This document shows, in pieces, positions 18,419 through 27,036 of a stretch of DNA of 64,000 nt. Position numbers and translations under genes: made by a program. Every line of letters starts with the position of its first letter. Within the stretch, counting starts at the first letter, position 1. The notes under the pieces were generated by a model. That model did not search any database, was not told where the DNA came from, and was given only the letters and a program-made list of their open reading frames with translations. The DNA is from an uncultured Anaerolineae bacterium (GTDB taxonomy: Bacteria; Chloroflexota; Anaerolineae; JAADDB01), in contig CAYOAZ010000001.1 of assembly GCA_964402285.1 (NCBI GenBank), positions 889-64,888 of the forward strand, in the 5' to 3' direction.

Positions 18419-18829
18419 ATGGGAGTACCGGCGACGCTGCTAAAAAAGATGTACGTTTCTGGCAGTCTTCGCAATACCTCACAAGGGTTCCGCTTTACCC
18501 TGAAGAATCGAATTGCTCCGGCAACTATAATTCGCTTTGACGAAGTTCACGCAATGGGGCGTGCCTTTGGACCTGAGGAGATCTTCGTCCACATAGGTAC
18601 AAAAACGTATCCAGCCAGCGAAATATCAGAACGGCGCAGCATTCGCTTTCGTGTCAATGATGTCATGGATGTGGAAGTAAAAGGCTTTCATTTACCGCCC
18701 GGTGAGCATATTCTCACGTGTCGTATTTACGTCCAAGAGGTGGGATGGCTACGAGTTCCCGTGGAAGATGTAGTATTGCCCACCCGAGAGAATGATCCTT
18801 CCTGGATCCCGGAACCTGTGGCTGTATAA
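18419..18829 (+). CDS. Hypothetical protein (~136 aa) with no recognisable family
   Basis: The ATG at 18419 lies 6-7 nt after GGAGG, and the track ORF begins upstream at 18311. Coding periodicity looks plausible but no motif is recognised. Confidence 0.45.
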   Translation: MGVPATLLKKMYVSGSLRNTSQGFRFTLKNRIAPATIIRFDEVHAMGRAFGPEEIFVHIGTKTYPASEISERRSIRFRVNDVMDVEVKGFHLPPGEHILTCRIYVQEVGWLRVPVEDVVLPTRENDPSWIPEPVAV

Positions 18830-18883
18830 AGCATTTGCCGGAATTGCTTAAAAATCGAGGTGTTTGGTGGAAAGCCAATGAAC

Positions 18884-19064
18884 GGTGCGAGAGAGACCCC
18901 CTAGGGGGGCGCCGAAGGGGCAAGCCGCTACCTGGCGCCGGGTGCGGCGAATCTCTCAGGCAAAAGGATCGCACCGGGATGGCACCTCTGGAGAGTCGGC
19001 AATATGCCGCACCGAAGGGGCAAGCCGCATACGCGGCGTAACTCTCAGGTGAGTGGACAGAGGG
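18884..19064 (+). promoter_or_regulatory. Glycine riboswitch with tandem aptamers, leader of gcvT
   Basis: Aptamer 1 is GGTGCGAGAGAG...CGCCGAAGGGGCAAGCCGC...CTCTCAGGCAAAAGGATCGCACC. Aptamer 2 is CCTCTGGAGAG...CACCGAAGGGGCAAGCCGC...ACTCTCAGG..GGACAGAGGG. Both carry the conserved GGAGAG / CACCGAAGGGGCAA / CTCTCAGG / AAGGAC cores and sit directly upstream of gcvT. Confidence 0.85.
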
Positions 19065-19101
19065 CGAAATGGCGCGTGTCGCGCGCTGTTTCGCCCTTTT
19101 G
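19061..19101 (+). terminator. Expression-platform intrinsic terminator of the glycine riboswitch
   Basis: AGGGCGAAATGGCGCG-TGTC-CGCGCGCTGTTTCGCCCT forms a ~16-bp hairpin followed by TTTTG. Its 5' arm overlaps the aptamer-2 P1 3' strand, consistent with a glycine-ON antiterminator design. Confidence 0.75.
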
Positions 19102-19170
19102 TATTCTAATCCGAACTTAATGTTCTCTGTCATTTATCTACTGTCATAAACATCGCAAAGGAGCGTACGT

Positions 19171-20265
19171 ATGAACAAGACGCGATTGTACGAAAAGCAT
19201 GTGGCAATGGGCGGACGCATGATCGAGTTCGCCGGCTGGCTTTTGCCCGTTCAATATCCTACAGGCCCCATCGCAGAACATCATGCCGTGCGCACCGCGG
19301 CAGGCCTGTTTGATATTGACCACATGGGGCAATTCATGGTCCACGGACCAGATGCTCTCCCCTTTCTCCAACGGGTTATGACATGGGATATAGCTACCCT
19401 AGAGCCTGATGATGCTCACTATTCCCTCATGTGTTACGACGATGGAACGGTGGTCGACGATGTGTTCGTTTACCGTCGCGATGGCGACTACATGGTGGTA
19501 GTGAACGCAGCCAACCGTAAGAAGGACCTGCGCTGGATGGTGCAACAGGCTAAAGGGTTTGATGTTCAGGTTACTGACGTGTCGGATGAAACGTATATGT
19601 TAGCCCTTCAAGGCCCCAAGGCCGAAGAGATTCTGCAACGGGTTACCGATGTTGACCTTTCCCAGGTCAAGAGGTTTTCGGCTGTGGCAGCCCGTGTAGG
19701 GGGCATCTTAACGCTGATTGGCCGCACGGGTTATACCGGCGAAGATGGCTTTGAACTGTTCTTCAGCGCTGATGAAGCTGAACACATGTGGGATCTCCTC
19801 CTAGAGACCGGTAAGGAGGATGGCTTACTTCCTTGTGGCCTCGCGGCTCGAGATTCCCTGCGTTTCGAGGCTTGTTTCCCCCTGTACGGCCATGAAATTC
19901 ACGCTGAGATTGATCCCATCAGTGCTCGGTTAGGATATTTCGTGCGTACGGAAAAAGGACCATTCCTGGGACGAAATGCGCTCCTTAAAATCCGGCTCGA
20001 AGGCCCTAAGCAGAAACTTGTTGGCCTGGAAATGCTTGACCGCGGGGTCCCACGTGAAGGATACCCGGTGCTCATTGGTGGCGAAGAACGTGGTCATGTG
20101 ACCACAGGCATGAAATCCCCCACCCTGAACAAATTCCTGGCCCTGGCCTATGTGCCCACCGAGTACAGCAAAATCGGTACGGAGGTGGAGGTCCTGATTC
20201 ACGGCAAACCCAAGAAGGCCGTAGTCGTAAAAACGCCCTTCTACGTACCCGTGTATCGGCGATAA
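19171..20265 (+). CDS. gcvT: Glycine cleavage system aminomethyltransferase T
   Basis: 364 aa. The GcvT signature is present throughout (GLFDIDHMG, folate-binding C-terminus). Confidence 0.9.
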   Translation: MNKTRLYEKHVAMGGRMIEFAGWLLPVQYPTGPIAEHHAVRTAAGLFDIDHMGQFMVHGPDALPFLQRVMTWDIATLEPDDAHYSLMCYDDGTVVDDVFVYRRDGDYMVVVNAANRKKDLRWMVQQAKGFDVQVTDVSDETYMLALQGPKAEEILQRVTDVDLSQVKRFSAVAARVGGILTLIGRTGYTGEDGFELFFSADEAEHMWDLLLETGKEDGLLPCGLAARDSLRFEACFPLYGHEIHAEIDPISARLGYFVRTEKGPFLGRNALLKIRLEGPKQKLVGLEMLDRGVPREGYPVLIGGEERGHVTTGMKSPTLNKFLALAYVPTEYSKIGTEVEVLIHGKPKKAVVVKTPFYVPVYRR

Positions 20266-20329
20266 TGAACGCTGAATTGCAAACTATTCCATGGCATGTT
20301 CACAACCTTAACCCGGAAGGAGGATACCC

Positions 20330-20728
20330 ATGAGCGACTACGTATTTATGGATGACCGTCGTTATGCCCGGTCCCACGAATGGGCCAAAGTTGAAGGGGA
20401 TATTGCGACCGTGGGGATTTCCGATTATGCCCAGCACTCCCTCTCTGATGTCGTGTATGTGGAACTCCCCGAAGTTGGCGCTACGGTGGAGAAGGGCGAA
20501 GCCGTTGCGGTGGTGGAATCGGTGAAGGCTGCAGAGGATGTGTACGTGCCCCTGAGCGGGGAGATCGTGGAAGTGAATGAGGAATTGCCCGACAATCCCG
20601 AGTGGGTGAATGAAGACCCCTATGGGAAGGGGTGGTTCTTTAAGATTAAGATGAGCAATCCCGCGGAATACGACGAACTCCTTGATGTGGAAGCCTACAA
20701 GAAGGTCGTAGCCGAGGAAGAAGGGTAG
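20330..20728 (+). CDS. gcvH: Glycine cleavage system H protein (lipoyl carrier)
   Basis: 132 aa with the lipoyl-lysine motif [10 protein letters not shown]. Confidence 0.9.
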   Translation: MSDYVFMDDRRYARSHEWAKVEGDIATVGISDYAQHSLSDVVYVELPEVGATVEKGEAVAVVESVKAAEDVYVPLSGEIVEVNEELPDNPEWVNEDPYGKGWFFKIKMSNPAEYDELLDVEAYKKVVAEEEG

Positions 20729-20856
20729 GATTCAGAGGGCTGGCCCACGGGGTGGCAATTCCGCACATAGGGAAGCCCTTCATGCGCGATGGAGTCTGTG
20801 AAGGCTCCTGGTTGTTCACTATACCTTATTAATCGTTAGGCATCACTGAAGGAGGT

Positions 20857-22254
20857 ATGCACATGGTCTATATCCCCAACACCGATGCAGAGCGCGCGGA
20901 GATGCTGCGCGTCATAGGTGTTGAGCGGGTTGAGGACTTGTTCCACGACGTGCCGGAACCGTACCGCTTCCCCAAACTCAACCTGCCCCGCCCCCTGTCC
21001 GAGGCGGAAGTGCTCGCAGAGTTGCGAGAGATGGCCGCGATGAACGTGGACGTGGACCAGGCGGCCAGTTTTCTGGGCGCGGGCGCGTATAACCACTTTG
21101 TCCCCAGCGTCGTGGACATGGTGATCTCCCGCTCGGAGTTTTACACCGCGTACACGCCCTACCAGCCCGAAGTTTCCCAGGGCGTGTTACAGGCGTTGTT
21201 TGAGTACCAGAGCATGATCTGCGCGCTCACGGAGATGGACGTGGCCAACAGCAGCCACTATGACGGCGCGACCGCGACCGCGGAGGCGGTCATCATGGCC
21301 TTGAACGTCCATCGCCGCAAGCGCAAGCGGGTGGTGATCTCCCCCACTGTCCACCCCATGTACCGTCAGACCGTGTACACCTACACCCAGGGCATGAACC
21401 TGACCATTGTAGGGGAGGACACCCCGCGCCACGATTTGCAGGCTCTGGCTGACCTTATTGATGACGAAACATGCTGCATCATTGTCCAGAATCCGGACTT
21501 CCTGGGCCGCATGTTCAGTCCTGCGGAAATGCAGGCCCTGGCCGACGCGGCCCACGCGCACAAGGCCCTCTTTGTCGTGGTTGTGGACCCCATCTCCCTG
21601 GGCTTTATGGTGCCGCCGGGTCGTTACGACGCGGATATCGTCGTCGGTGAAGGTCAGAGCCTGGGGAACAACCCCCAGTTCGGTGGTCCGTACCTGGGCA
21701 TCTTCGCGTTCAAAGAGCAGTATGTGCGCAAGAGCAGTGGGCGCCTGGTCGGTGAGACCGTGGACGCGGAGGGAAAGCGAGGGTACGTGATCACCCTCAG
21801 TACCCGGGAACAGCACATTCGACGGGAGAAGGCCACCTCCAACATATGCACCAACGAAGCCCTTGTTGCCATTGCGTCGGCGGTCTACCTGGCCACAATG
21901 GGGAAAGAAGGGCTGCGCAAGGTGGCCGAACTCAGTTACCACAAAGCCCACTACACGGCTCAACGCATTGCTCAGATCGAGGGCTTTGAAGTCCTGAGCA
22001 CATGGCCCTTCTTCAAGGAATTTGTGGTGAAGTGCCCCGCGCCGGTGGAGGAGATCAACGATTACCTTATTGAGGAATGGGGGATCATTGGCGGATATGA
22101 TCTCTCCAAGGATTACCCGGACATGGAGAACACCATGCTTCTCTGCGTGACCGAAATGAACTCCCGCCTGGAAATTGATGACCTCATCACCGCGCTGGAA
22201 GAAATCGCGGGCGGGGCACTGGAGTCTTCCGTCAAATTTTACCTACCGACCTAA
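20857..22254 (+). CDS. gcvPA: Glycine dehydrogenase (decarboxylating) subunit 1
   Basis: 465 aa with the P-protein N-terminal half signature (SFLGAGAY.H..P, YTPYQPE.SQG). Confidence 0.9.
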   Translation: MHMVYIPNTDAERAEMLRVIGVERVEDLFHDVPEPYRFPKLNLPRPLSEAEVLAELREMAAMNVDVDQAASFLGAGAYNHFVPSVVDMVISRSEFYTAYTPYQPEVSQGVLQALFEYQSMICALTEMDVANSSHYDGATATAEAVIMALNVHRRKRKRVVISPTVHPMYRQTVYTYTQGMNLTIVGEDTPRHDLQALADLIDDETCCIIVQNPDFLGRMFSPAEMQALADAAHAHKALFVVVVDPISLGFMVPPGRYDADIVVGEGQSLGNNPQFGGPYLGIFAFKEQYVRKSSGRLVGETVDAEGKRGYVITLSTREQHIRREKATSNICTNEALVAIASAVYLATMGKEGLRKVAELSYHKAHYTAQRIAQIEGFEVLSTWPFFKEFVVKCPAPVEEINDYLIEEWGIIGGYDLSKDYPDMENTMLLCVTEMNSRLEIDDLITALEEIAGGALESSVKFYLPT

Positions 22255-22290
22255 AGATTAGACTACGCATTACGTTTCAGGAGGCGTCCT

Positions 22291-23751
22291 ATGCGTGGAC
22301 CTGAGCCGACGATTTATGAAATTTCGTCCCCGGGGCGTCGGGGATTTACCTTGCCAGAGTTGGACGTGCCGGAGACAGAAATCCCCGCGGAGTTCGTGCG
22401 CGACCGACTCCTCTTGCCCGAGGTGGCCGAGGTGGATGTGGTGCGCCATTATGTGCGCCTTTCTCAGAAGAACTTCGGTGTGGACCTGGGCTTTTACCCT
22501 CTGGGCTCCTGTACAATGAAGTACAACCCGAAAGTGAACGAAGTGGCCGCGCGGTTGCCTGGATTCGCTCGCATCCATCCCTTGCAGGATCCAGAAATCG
22601 TGCAGGGCGCAATGCAGTTGATGTACGAACTCCAGCAATACCTGGCTGAGATTACCGGCTTCGCGGCCACTTCCTTGCAACCCGCCGCGGGCGCCCACGG
22701 CGAGTTGACCGGCATCCTGATGATGCGCAAGGCCATCCATGAAGGCCGGGGTGAACCCCATCGCACCAAAGTCCTGGTGCCGGACAGCGCGCATGGTACC
22801 AACCCCGCGACCACCACAATGAGTGGTCTCCAGGTGGTGGAGATTCCCAGTGATGAGCGGGGCAACGTGGACCTGAATGAACTCAAAAAGCACCTGGACG
22901 ACACGGTGCTGGGGTTCATGCTTACCAACCCTAACACCCTGGGCCTTTTCGACGAGAACTTGTTGGAACTCACGCGACTCATCCACGAGGCCGGCGGGCT
23001 CATGTACGGCGACGGTGCAAACTTGAACGCGCTGTTGGGTATTGCCAAGCCCGGCGAATTGGGCTTCGATGTCATGCATATTAACCTGCACAAGACCTTC
23101 AGCACGCCTCACGGTGGCGGTGGGCCTGGCTCCGGCCCTGTGGTGTGCACCGAAGAACTGGCTCCTTACTTGCCTGGTCCCATCGTTGACACCGAGGAAC
23201 ATGACGATCATGTCCATTATGTGTGGAAGATGCCCGAGCGGAGCATTGGCCGGGTGCGTGCGTTCTGGGGGAACTTTGGTGTTATGATCAAGGCGTACAC
23301 GTACATCCGCATGTTGGGCGCGGAGGGCCTGCGCGCGGTCGCGGAGAACGCGGTTCTCAATGCCAATTACCTGCAAGCCCTGATCAAGGATGTCTACCCC
23401 GTGCCGTACGGCTTCCGCACCTGCATGCATGAATTTGTGGCCCAGGGCAAGATCGAGGGAGCCCCAGACGTGCACGCGCTGGACATTGCCAAGCGCCTCA
23501 TCGATTACGGCTTCCATCCGCCCACGATGTACTTCCCCCTCATCGTGGCTGAGGCGCTAATGATTGAGCCCACAGAAACGGAGAGCAAGCAAACACTGGA
23601 CGCGTTTGCGGACGCGTTGAAGAGGATCGCCGAGGAAGCCCGAACAGACCCCGAAATGCTGAAGACCGCGCCGCACGAGGCGCCGGTGCGTCGCCTGGAT
23701 GAAGTGCGGGCCGCGCGGCATCCCAAGTTGAAGGACGTCCCGGGAATGTAG
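22291..23751 (+). CDS. gcvPB: Glycine dehydrogenase (decarboxylating) subunit 2
   Basis: 486 aa with a PLP-dependent C-terminal half (HINLHKTFSTPHGGGGPG). Confidence 0.9.
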   Translation: MRGPEPTIYEISSPGRRGFTLPELDVPETEIPAEFVRDRLLLPEVAEVDVVRHYVRLSQKNFGVDLGFYPLGSCTMKYNPKVNEVAARLPGFARIHPLQDPEIVQGAMQLMYELQQYLAEITGFAATSLQPAAGAHGELTGILMMRKAIHEGRGEPHRTKVLVPDSAHGTNPATTTMSGLQVVEIPSDERGNVDLNELKKHLDDTVLGFMLTNPNTLGLFDENLLELTRLIHEAGGLMYGDGANLNALLGIAKPGELGFDVMHINLHKTFSTPHGGGGPGSGPVVCTEELAPYLPGPIVDTEEHDDHVHYVWKMPERSIGRVRAFWGNFGVMIKAYTYIRMLGAEGLRAVAENAVLNANYLQALIKDVYPVPYGFRTCMHEFVAQGKIEGAPDVHALDIAKRLIDYGFHPPTMYFPLIVAEALMIEPTETESKQTLDAFADALKRIAEEARTDPEMLKTAPHEAPVRRLDEVRAARHPKLKDVPGM

Positions 23752-23769
23752 CCAGGGATATGACGGGAT

Positions 23770-23811
23770 CGCGTGTGGGGATGACGTTGGGCGATGTCGT
23801 CCCCACACGCG
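23770..23811. terminator. Bidirectional terminator hairpin between convergent gcvPB and the ABC ATPase
   Basis: CGCGTGTGGGGA...TCCCCACACGCG forms a perfect 12-bp stem that extends further with wobble pairs. Confidence 0.6.
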
Positions 23812-23820
23812 AGGTTAGAT

Positions 23821-24576
23821 TCATTCCTCCAGGATGAGTTCCCGCACTGCCTGGGTCAGATGGCCGAACTCCGGAGAGGCCATCATGTCCAGCGTGCGGG
23901 GCCGGGGCAAATCGACGACAACTTCCCCCGCGATCCGCCCCGGCCGGGGCGTCATCACCAACACCCGGTCGGAGATGAACACAGCCTCGGTAATGCTGTG
24001 GGTCACCATCAGCGCGGTTTGGCGCCGGTGGGCCCAAATGCGCAAAAGTTCCAGGTTCATGCGTTCTCGGGTCAGCGCGTCCAGCGCGCCGAAGGGTTCA
24101 TCCAGGAGAAGAAGGCGTGGGTCGTACACCAGGGCCCGGGCCAGCGCGACTCGTTGCTGCATGCCTCCAGAGAGTTGGCGAGGGTACGCACGTTCAAACC
24201 CCCGAAGTCCGACCAGAGCAATGTACTCCCTTGCCCGATGGTCTGCCTCCTCCCGGGGCACCCCCAGAATTTCCAGGGGCAGTCGAATGTTGGCCAGCAC
24301 GGTGCGCCAGGGCATTAAATTCGCGTGCTGAAACACCATGCCCACGTCCCGGCGCGGTCCGCGCAATGCACGGCCATCCACGTACACTTCGCCGTGGGTT
24401 GGGCGGACCAGGCCCGCAACAATGCGCAATAAGGTGGACTTCCCACAGCCAGATGGCCCCACCAGCGTGACAAATTCTCCCTCTTGGGCGCTTAAGTGAA
24501 CCTCCCTCAACGCCCATACTGGTGGATCATCCGTGAAGCGATGGCTTAGACCGCGAATCTCCAGAAAGGTCCTCAC
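23821..24576 (-). CDS. ABC transporter ATP-binding protein, NitT/TauT (nitrate/sulfonate/taurine-type) family
   Basis: Walker A GPSGCGKST, the LSGGMQQRVALARAL signature and Walker B LLLDEPFGALD. 251 aa. Confidence 0.85.
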   Translation of the reverse strand: MRTFLEIRGLSHRFTDDPPVWALREVHLSAQEGEFVTLVGPSGCGKSTLLRIVAGLVRPTHGEVYVDGRALRGPRRDVGMVFQHANLMPWRTVLANIRLPLEILGVPREEADHRAREYIALVGLRGFERAYPRQLSGGMQQRVALARALVYDPRLLLLDEPFGALDALTRERMNLELLRIWAHRRQTALMVTHSITEAVFISDRVLVMTPRPGRIAGEVVVDLPRPRTLDMMASPEFGHLTQAVRELILEE

Positions 24577-24623
24577 AACCGTGTCCCCTTCCCCTGACCC
24601 CTATGTCCCCAGGGAGGATTTTT

Positions 24624-25628
24624 CTAAAACCCGGCACGTTTAACGAAATCATTCGTCGCAATACCTGTAACATCCACGTGTGTTTCTAGCAGTCCCATCT
24701 CCCGCAGGAATTGTTCAGCAGTAGCCCACGTGTCCAGGTCCGTATGTCCTAACTTGTGACCAGCCTTAGGCGTCCACAGGGTCAGAGAAGCATCGAATAT
24801 CGCGCGGCTTACCTTTTCCTGTTCCCCGCCTGCCTCAGGCACATGTTTCAACGCGATCTGAAAGGCTTCGTCCGGGTGGTCCAGGGTGTACTGGATGCCC
24901 CGGAGGATGGCCCGAGTCATGCTTGTGACCAAATCTGGGTCCTCACGCAGGAGAGTTTCGCTGGTGACCAGACCGTTGGATGGTAGGTTCACGTAATCGG
25001 CCACCGGGAAAACGACCACCTCCTTGCCGGCCAGGCGCAACCGCACAGGACCGTTGACAATGTAATCCATAGCCGCGTCCACCTTGCCCTCGCTGACTGC
25101 TGCGGCCTGCGTGAAGCCAATGCTCTCCACCTTCACTTTGCTTTCGTCTATGCCTGTTGCATACACAATCGCCTTCCACCCAATGTAGGTGGCCCCGAAG
25201 GGGCCTGGAACGCCCAGGGTTTTTCCTTCCACATCCTTGGGGGAGGTAATGCCCTTGTCCTTCAGTGCGAACATGCCGACGGGAAACTGGCTATACCATT
25301 GGGCGACGTAGGTCACCGGTAATCCGCGCGCCCGACCGAGGATGACTTCTTCCCCTGACGCGATAACAAAGGGAATTTCTCCCGCGGCCACGAGTTTCAG
25401 GAAGTCGGTCTCAAATCCATGGCGGAATTCCACCTCCAATCCTTCATCCGCGAAGAAGCCCTTGTCCTGGGCCACATAAAAGGGCGCGAATTGAACACTG
25501 GGGATGTAACCTAGAGCGAGAACAACGTGACGAGGGGTATTTTGAGGGGTTGGAGATGCGGCCGGTGCACAGCCGATGAGTAAAGCCAGCATGAGTGTGA
25601 TGAGGATGCTTGTGTACACGTACTTCAT
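24624..25628 (-). CDS. ABC transporter substrate-binding lipoprotein, NMT1/THI5-like (NitT/TauT SBP family)
   Basis: Signal peptide with lipobox LIGC. The fold is SsuA/ThiY-like. Confidence 0.75.
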   Translation of the reverse strand: MKYVYTSILITLMLALLIGCAPAASPTPQNTPRHVVLALGYIPSVQFAPFYVAQDKGFFADEGLEVEFRHGFETDFLKLVAAGEIPFVIASGEEVILGRARGLPVTYVAQWYSQFPVGMFALKDKGITSPKDVEGKTLGVPGPFGATYIGWKAIVYATGIDESKVKVESIGFTQAAAVSEGKVDAAMDYIVNGPVRLRLAGKEVVVFPVADYVNLPSNGLVTSETLLREDPDLVTSMTRAILRGIQYTLDHPDEAFQIALKHVPEAGGEQEKVSRAIFDASLTLWTPKAGHKLGHTDLDTWATAEQFLREMGLLETHVDVTGIATNDFVKRAGF

Positions 25629-25715
25629 TGGTTGGTTTCCTCCTTTGTCTTATAAAGATCGTTTGGCACCTTAGTGATAGACTTCCCCTGGATTTCTCAG
25701 CCCTTTTGGGGGGAT

Positions 25716-26546
25716 TTAATCGCCCTCCCATGTGATTACGCGGCGTTCCAACCACCCCACAAAGGTATACAGGGCAACAGCGATAACGACCAGTACCCCT
25801 AAGGTCACGAAAAGTAAAGCGGTGTCCAGTGTTCCTCGGGACGTGAGGTTGATAAGAAAACCCAGGCCCTGGTCCGCGGCCACAAATTCACCTACCACCG
25901 CGCCGATGACTGAGAGTGCTGTACCAATTTTGAGACCACCGAAAAGGATGGGTAATGCCGCAGGAATCTCCAGTTTGGTGAAGATCTGCCACCGGCTCGC
26001 GTTCAACACTCTCATCAAGTCCATCAATTCCTGCTCTACGGAGCGAAAACCTACCATGGTGTTTACCAGGACAGGGAAGAAAAGCGTGAGGGCGGCTACC
26101 AATACTTTGGACAGCAATCCCGATCCTGCCCAGAGAATAATTAACGGCGCGATGGCCACCACCGGTACGGCCTGAGCCGCGACCACGTAAGGGCCCACCA
26201 GTTGTTCTAAAATAGGGCACTTGGCCAGAAGATACCCCAAAACAGTGGCTACCAGGAGTCCCAGGCCCAGACCGCCGCTGATTTCCAACAGCGTTACGCG
26301 AGTATGACGCCAGAGTGTGCCGTCAGCCAGCGCGATGAGGAACTTATGCCACACGTGAGCAGGAGACGGAAGGATATAGGGTGGGTATTGCTGCCAGCGA
26401 ACCAGGCCCTCCCAGGCCAGGATAAATAGCCCAAAACCTGCGAGCGTTAATAGAACGCGCGTCGTGGTAGAGATTACCCCTTTTGGCGCAGGCCACTCTT
26501 CGGCTGTAGTCGTCCACTTTCGCCAAGTATCTAGCCAACGAAGCAT
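25716..26546 (-). CDS. ABC transporter permease, NitT/TauT family
   Basis: Six TM helices and the EAA-like motif region (LNASRWQIFTKLEIPAALP). Confidence 0.8.
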   Translation of the reverse strand: MLRWLDTWRKWTTTAEEWPAPKGVISTTTRVLLTLAGFGLFILAWEGLVRWQQYPPYILPSPAHVWHKFLIALADGTLWRHTRVTLLEISGGLGLGLLVATVLGYLLAKCPILEQLVGPYVVAAQAVPVVAIAPLIILWAGSGLLSKVLVAALTLFFPVLVNTMVGFRSVEQELMDLMRVLNASRWQIFTKLEIPAALPILFGGLKIGTALSVIGAVVGEFVAADQGLGFLINLTSRGTLDTALLFVTLGVLVVIAVALYTFVGWLERRVITWEGD

Positions 26547-26558
26547 TAGTTTCTCCTA

Positions 26559-26599
26559 AAACACACAATGCCCCGAAGGACATCTCTCCTCCGGGGCAT
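26559..26599 (-). terminator. Terminator-like hairpin plus U-tract immediately upstream of the RBS of the ABC permease (leader attenuator)
   Basis: The minus-strand RNA is AUGCCCCGGAGG-AGAGAUGU-CCUUCGGGGCAU (12-bp stem) followed by UGUGUGUUUU and then the AGGAGAAA RBS and ATG. Confidence 0.55.
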
Positions 26600-26635
26600 G
26601 CGCGAACGTTTGGGCTCCCGACGGTCATCCAACAT

Positions 26636-26667
26636 AAAAACGCCCCGCGGATGACCGTCGGGGCGTT
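26636..26667 (-). terminator. Second terminator-like hairpin plus U5 in the same leader, with an overlapping alternative 14-bp stem
   Basis: The minus-strand RNA is ACGCCCCG..CGGGGCGUUUUU. The alternative pairing is CCCGACGGUCAUCC/GGAUGACCGUCGGG. Confidence 0.5.
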
Positions 26668-27036
26668 ACGCGCGAAATTCCTCGCTTCGGTGGTGTAGAC
26701 CACCAAAGCCCTTGTCACGTGTTGCGACCTTCTCCCATCCGGACTATACCGTCGGCCCCGGAATTCCACCGGGTCTGCTGACACCTCGGTGCCGTCTGGG
26801 GACGGCTTGGTCCATGTCTTTGGGATGACATGGACCCCAAGGCCGCTCGCGGGCTTTTACCGCCGGTCGGGAATTGCCCTACCAAGGTAGGGCTCACCCT
26901 GCCCCGAAGGTCGTCCTCTTATTCACTTGTTCCTACTTGCGTGGTGGATCTTACCACGCATTTGCCGGCCGAGCAAACCCTTCCTTTTTTCTGGTCCGAG
27001 CATCCGGGCCGTTGCGGGATTCTGGCACGTGATGAG

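Noticed and set aside
18714-19133. Track ORFs 18714-19133(-) and 18835-19041(+) upstream of gcvT
   Set aside because: They overlap the tandem glycine riboswitch aptamers. The structured RNA explains the open frames.
21187-23517. Long antisense ORFs in the track inside gcvPA/gcvPB (21187-21963 -, 22270-23517 -, 22494-23105 -), and similar ones in other GC-rich genes (23540-24037 -, 9317-9793 +, 10355-10933 +)
   Set aside because: The sense-strand genes have unmistakable conserved-enzyme translations. The antisense ORFs are low-complexity, Arg/Gly/His-rich, and are a known artefact of GC3-rich coding DNA.
26547-27036. TPP, cobalamin, ZTP, c-di-GMP or guanidine-I riboswitch, or RNase P/SRP/tmRNA, in the structured intergenic region
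   Set aside because: Several diagnostic cores are absent by eye. There is no CUGAGA thi-box, no GCCACUG/B12 box, no GGAAAGUCCGGGC (RNase P P4), no GUCAGGUCCGGAAGGAAGCAGC (SRP) and no tRNA-like 3' end. Only weak partial resemblances remain. I keep this as an unassigned candidate rather than assigning a class.
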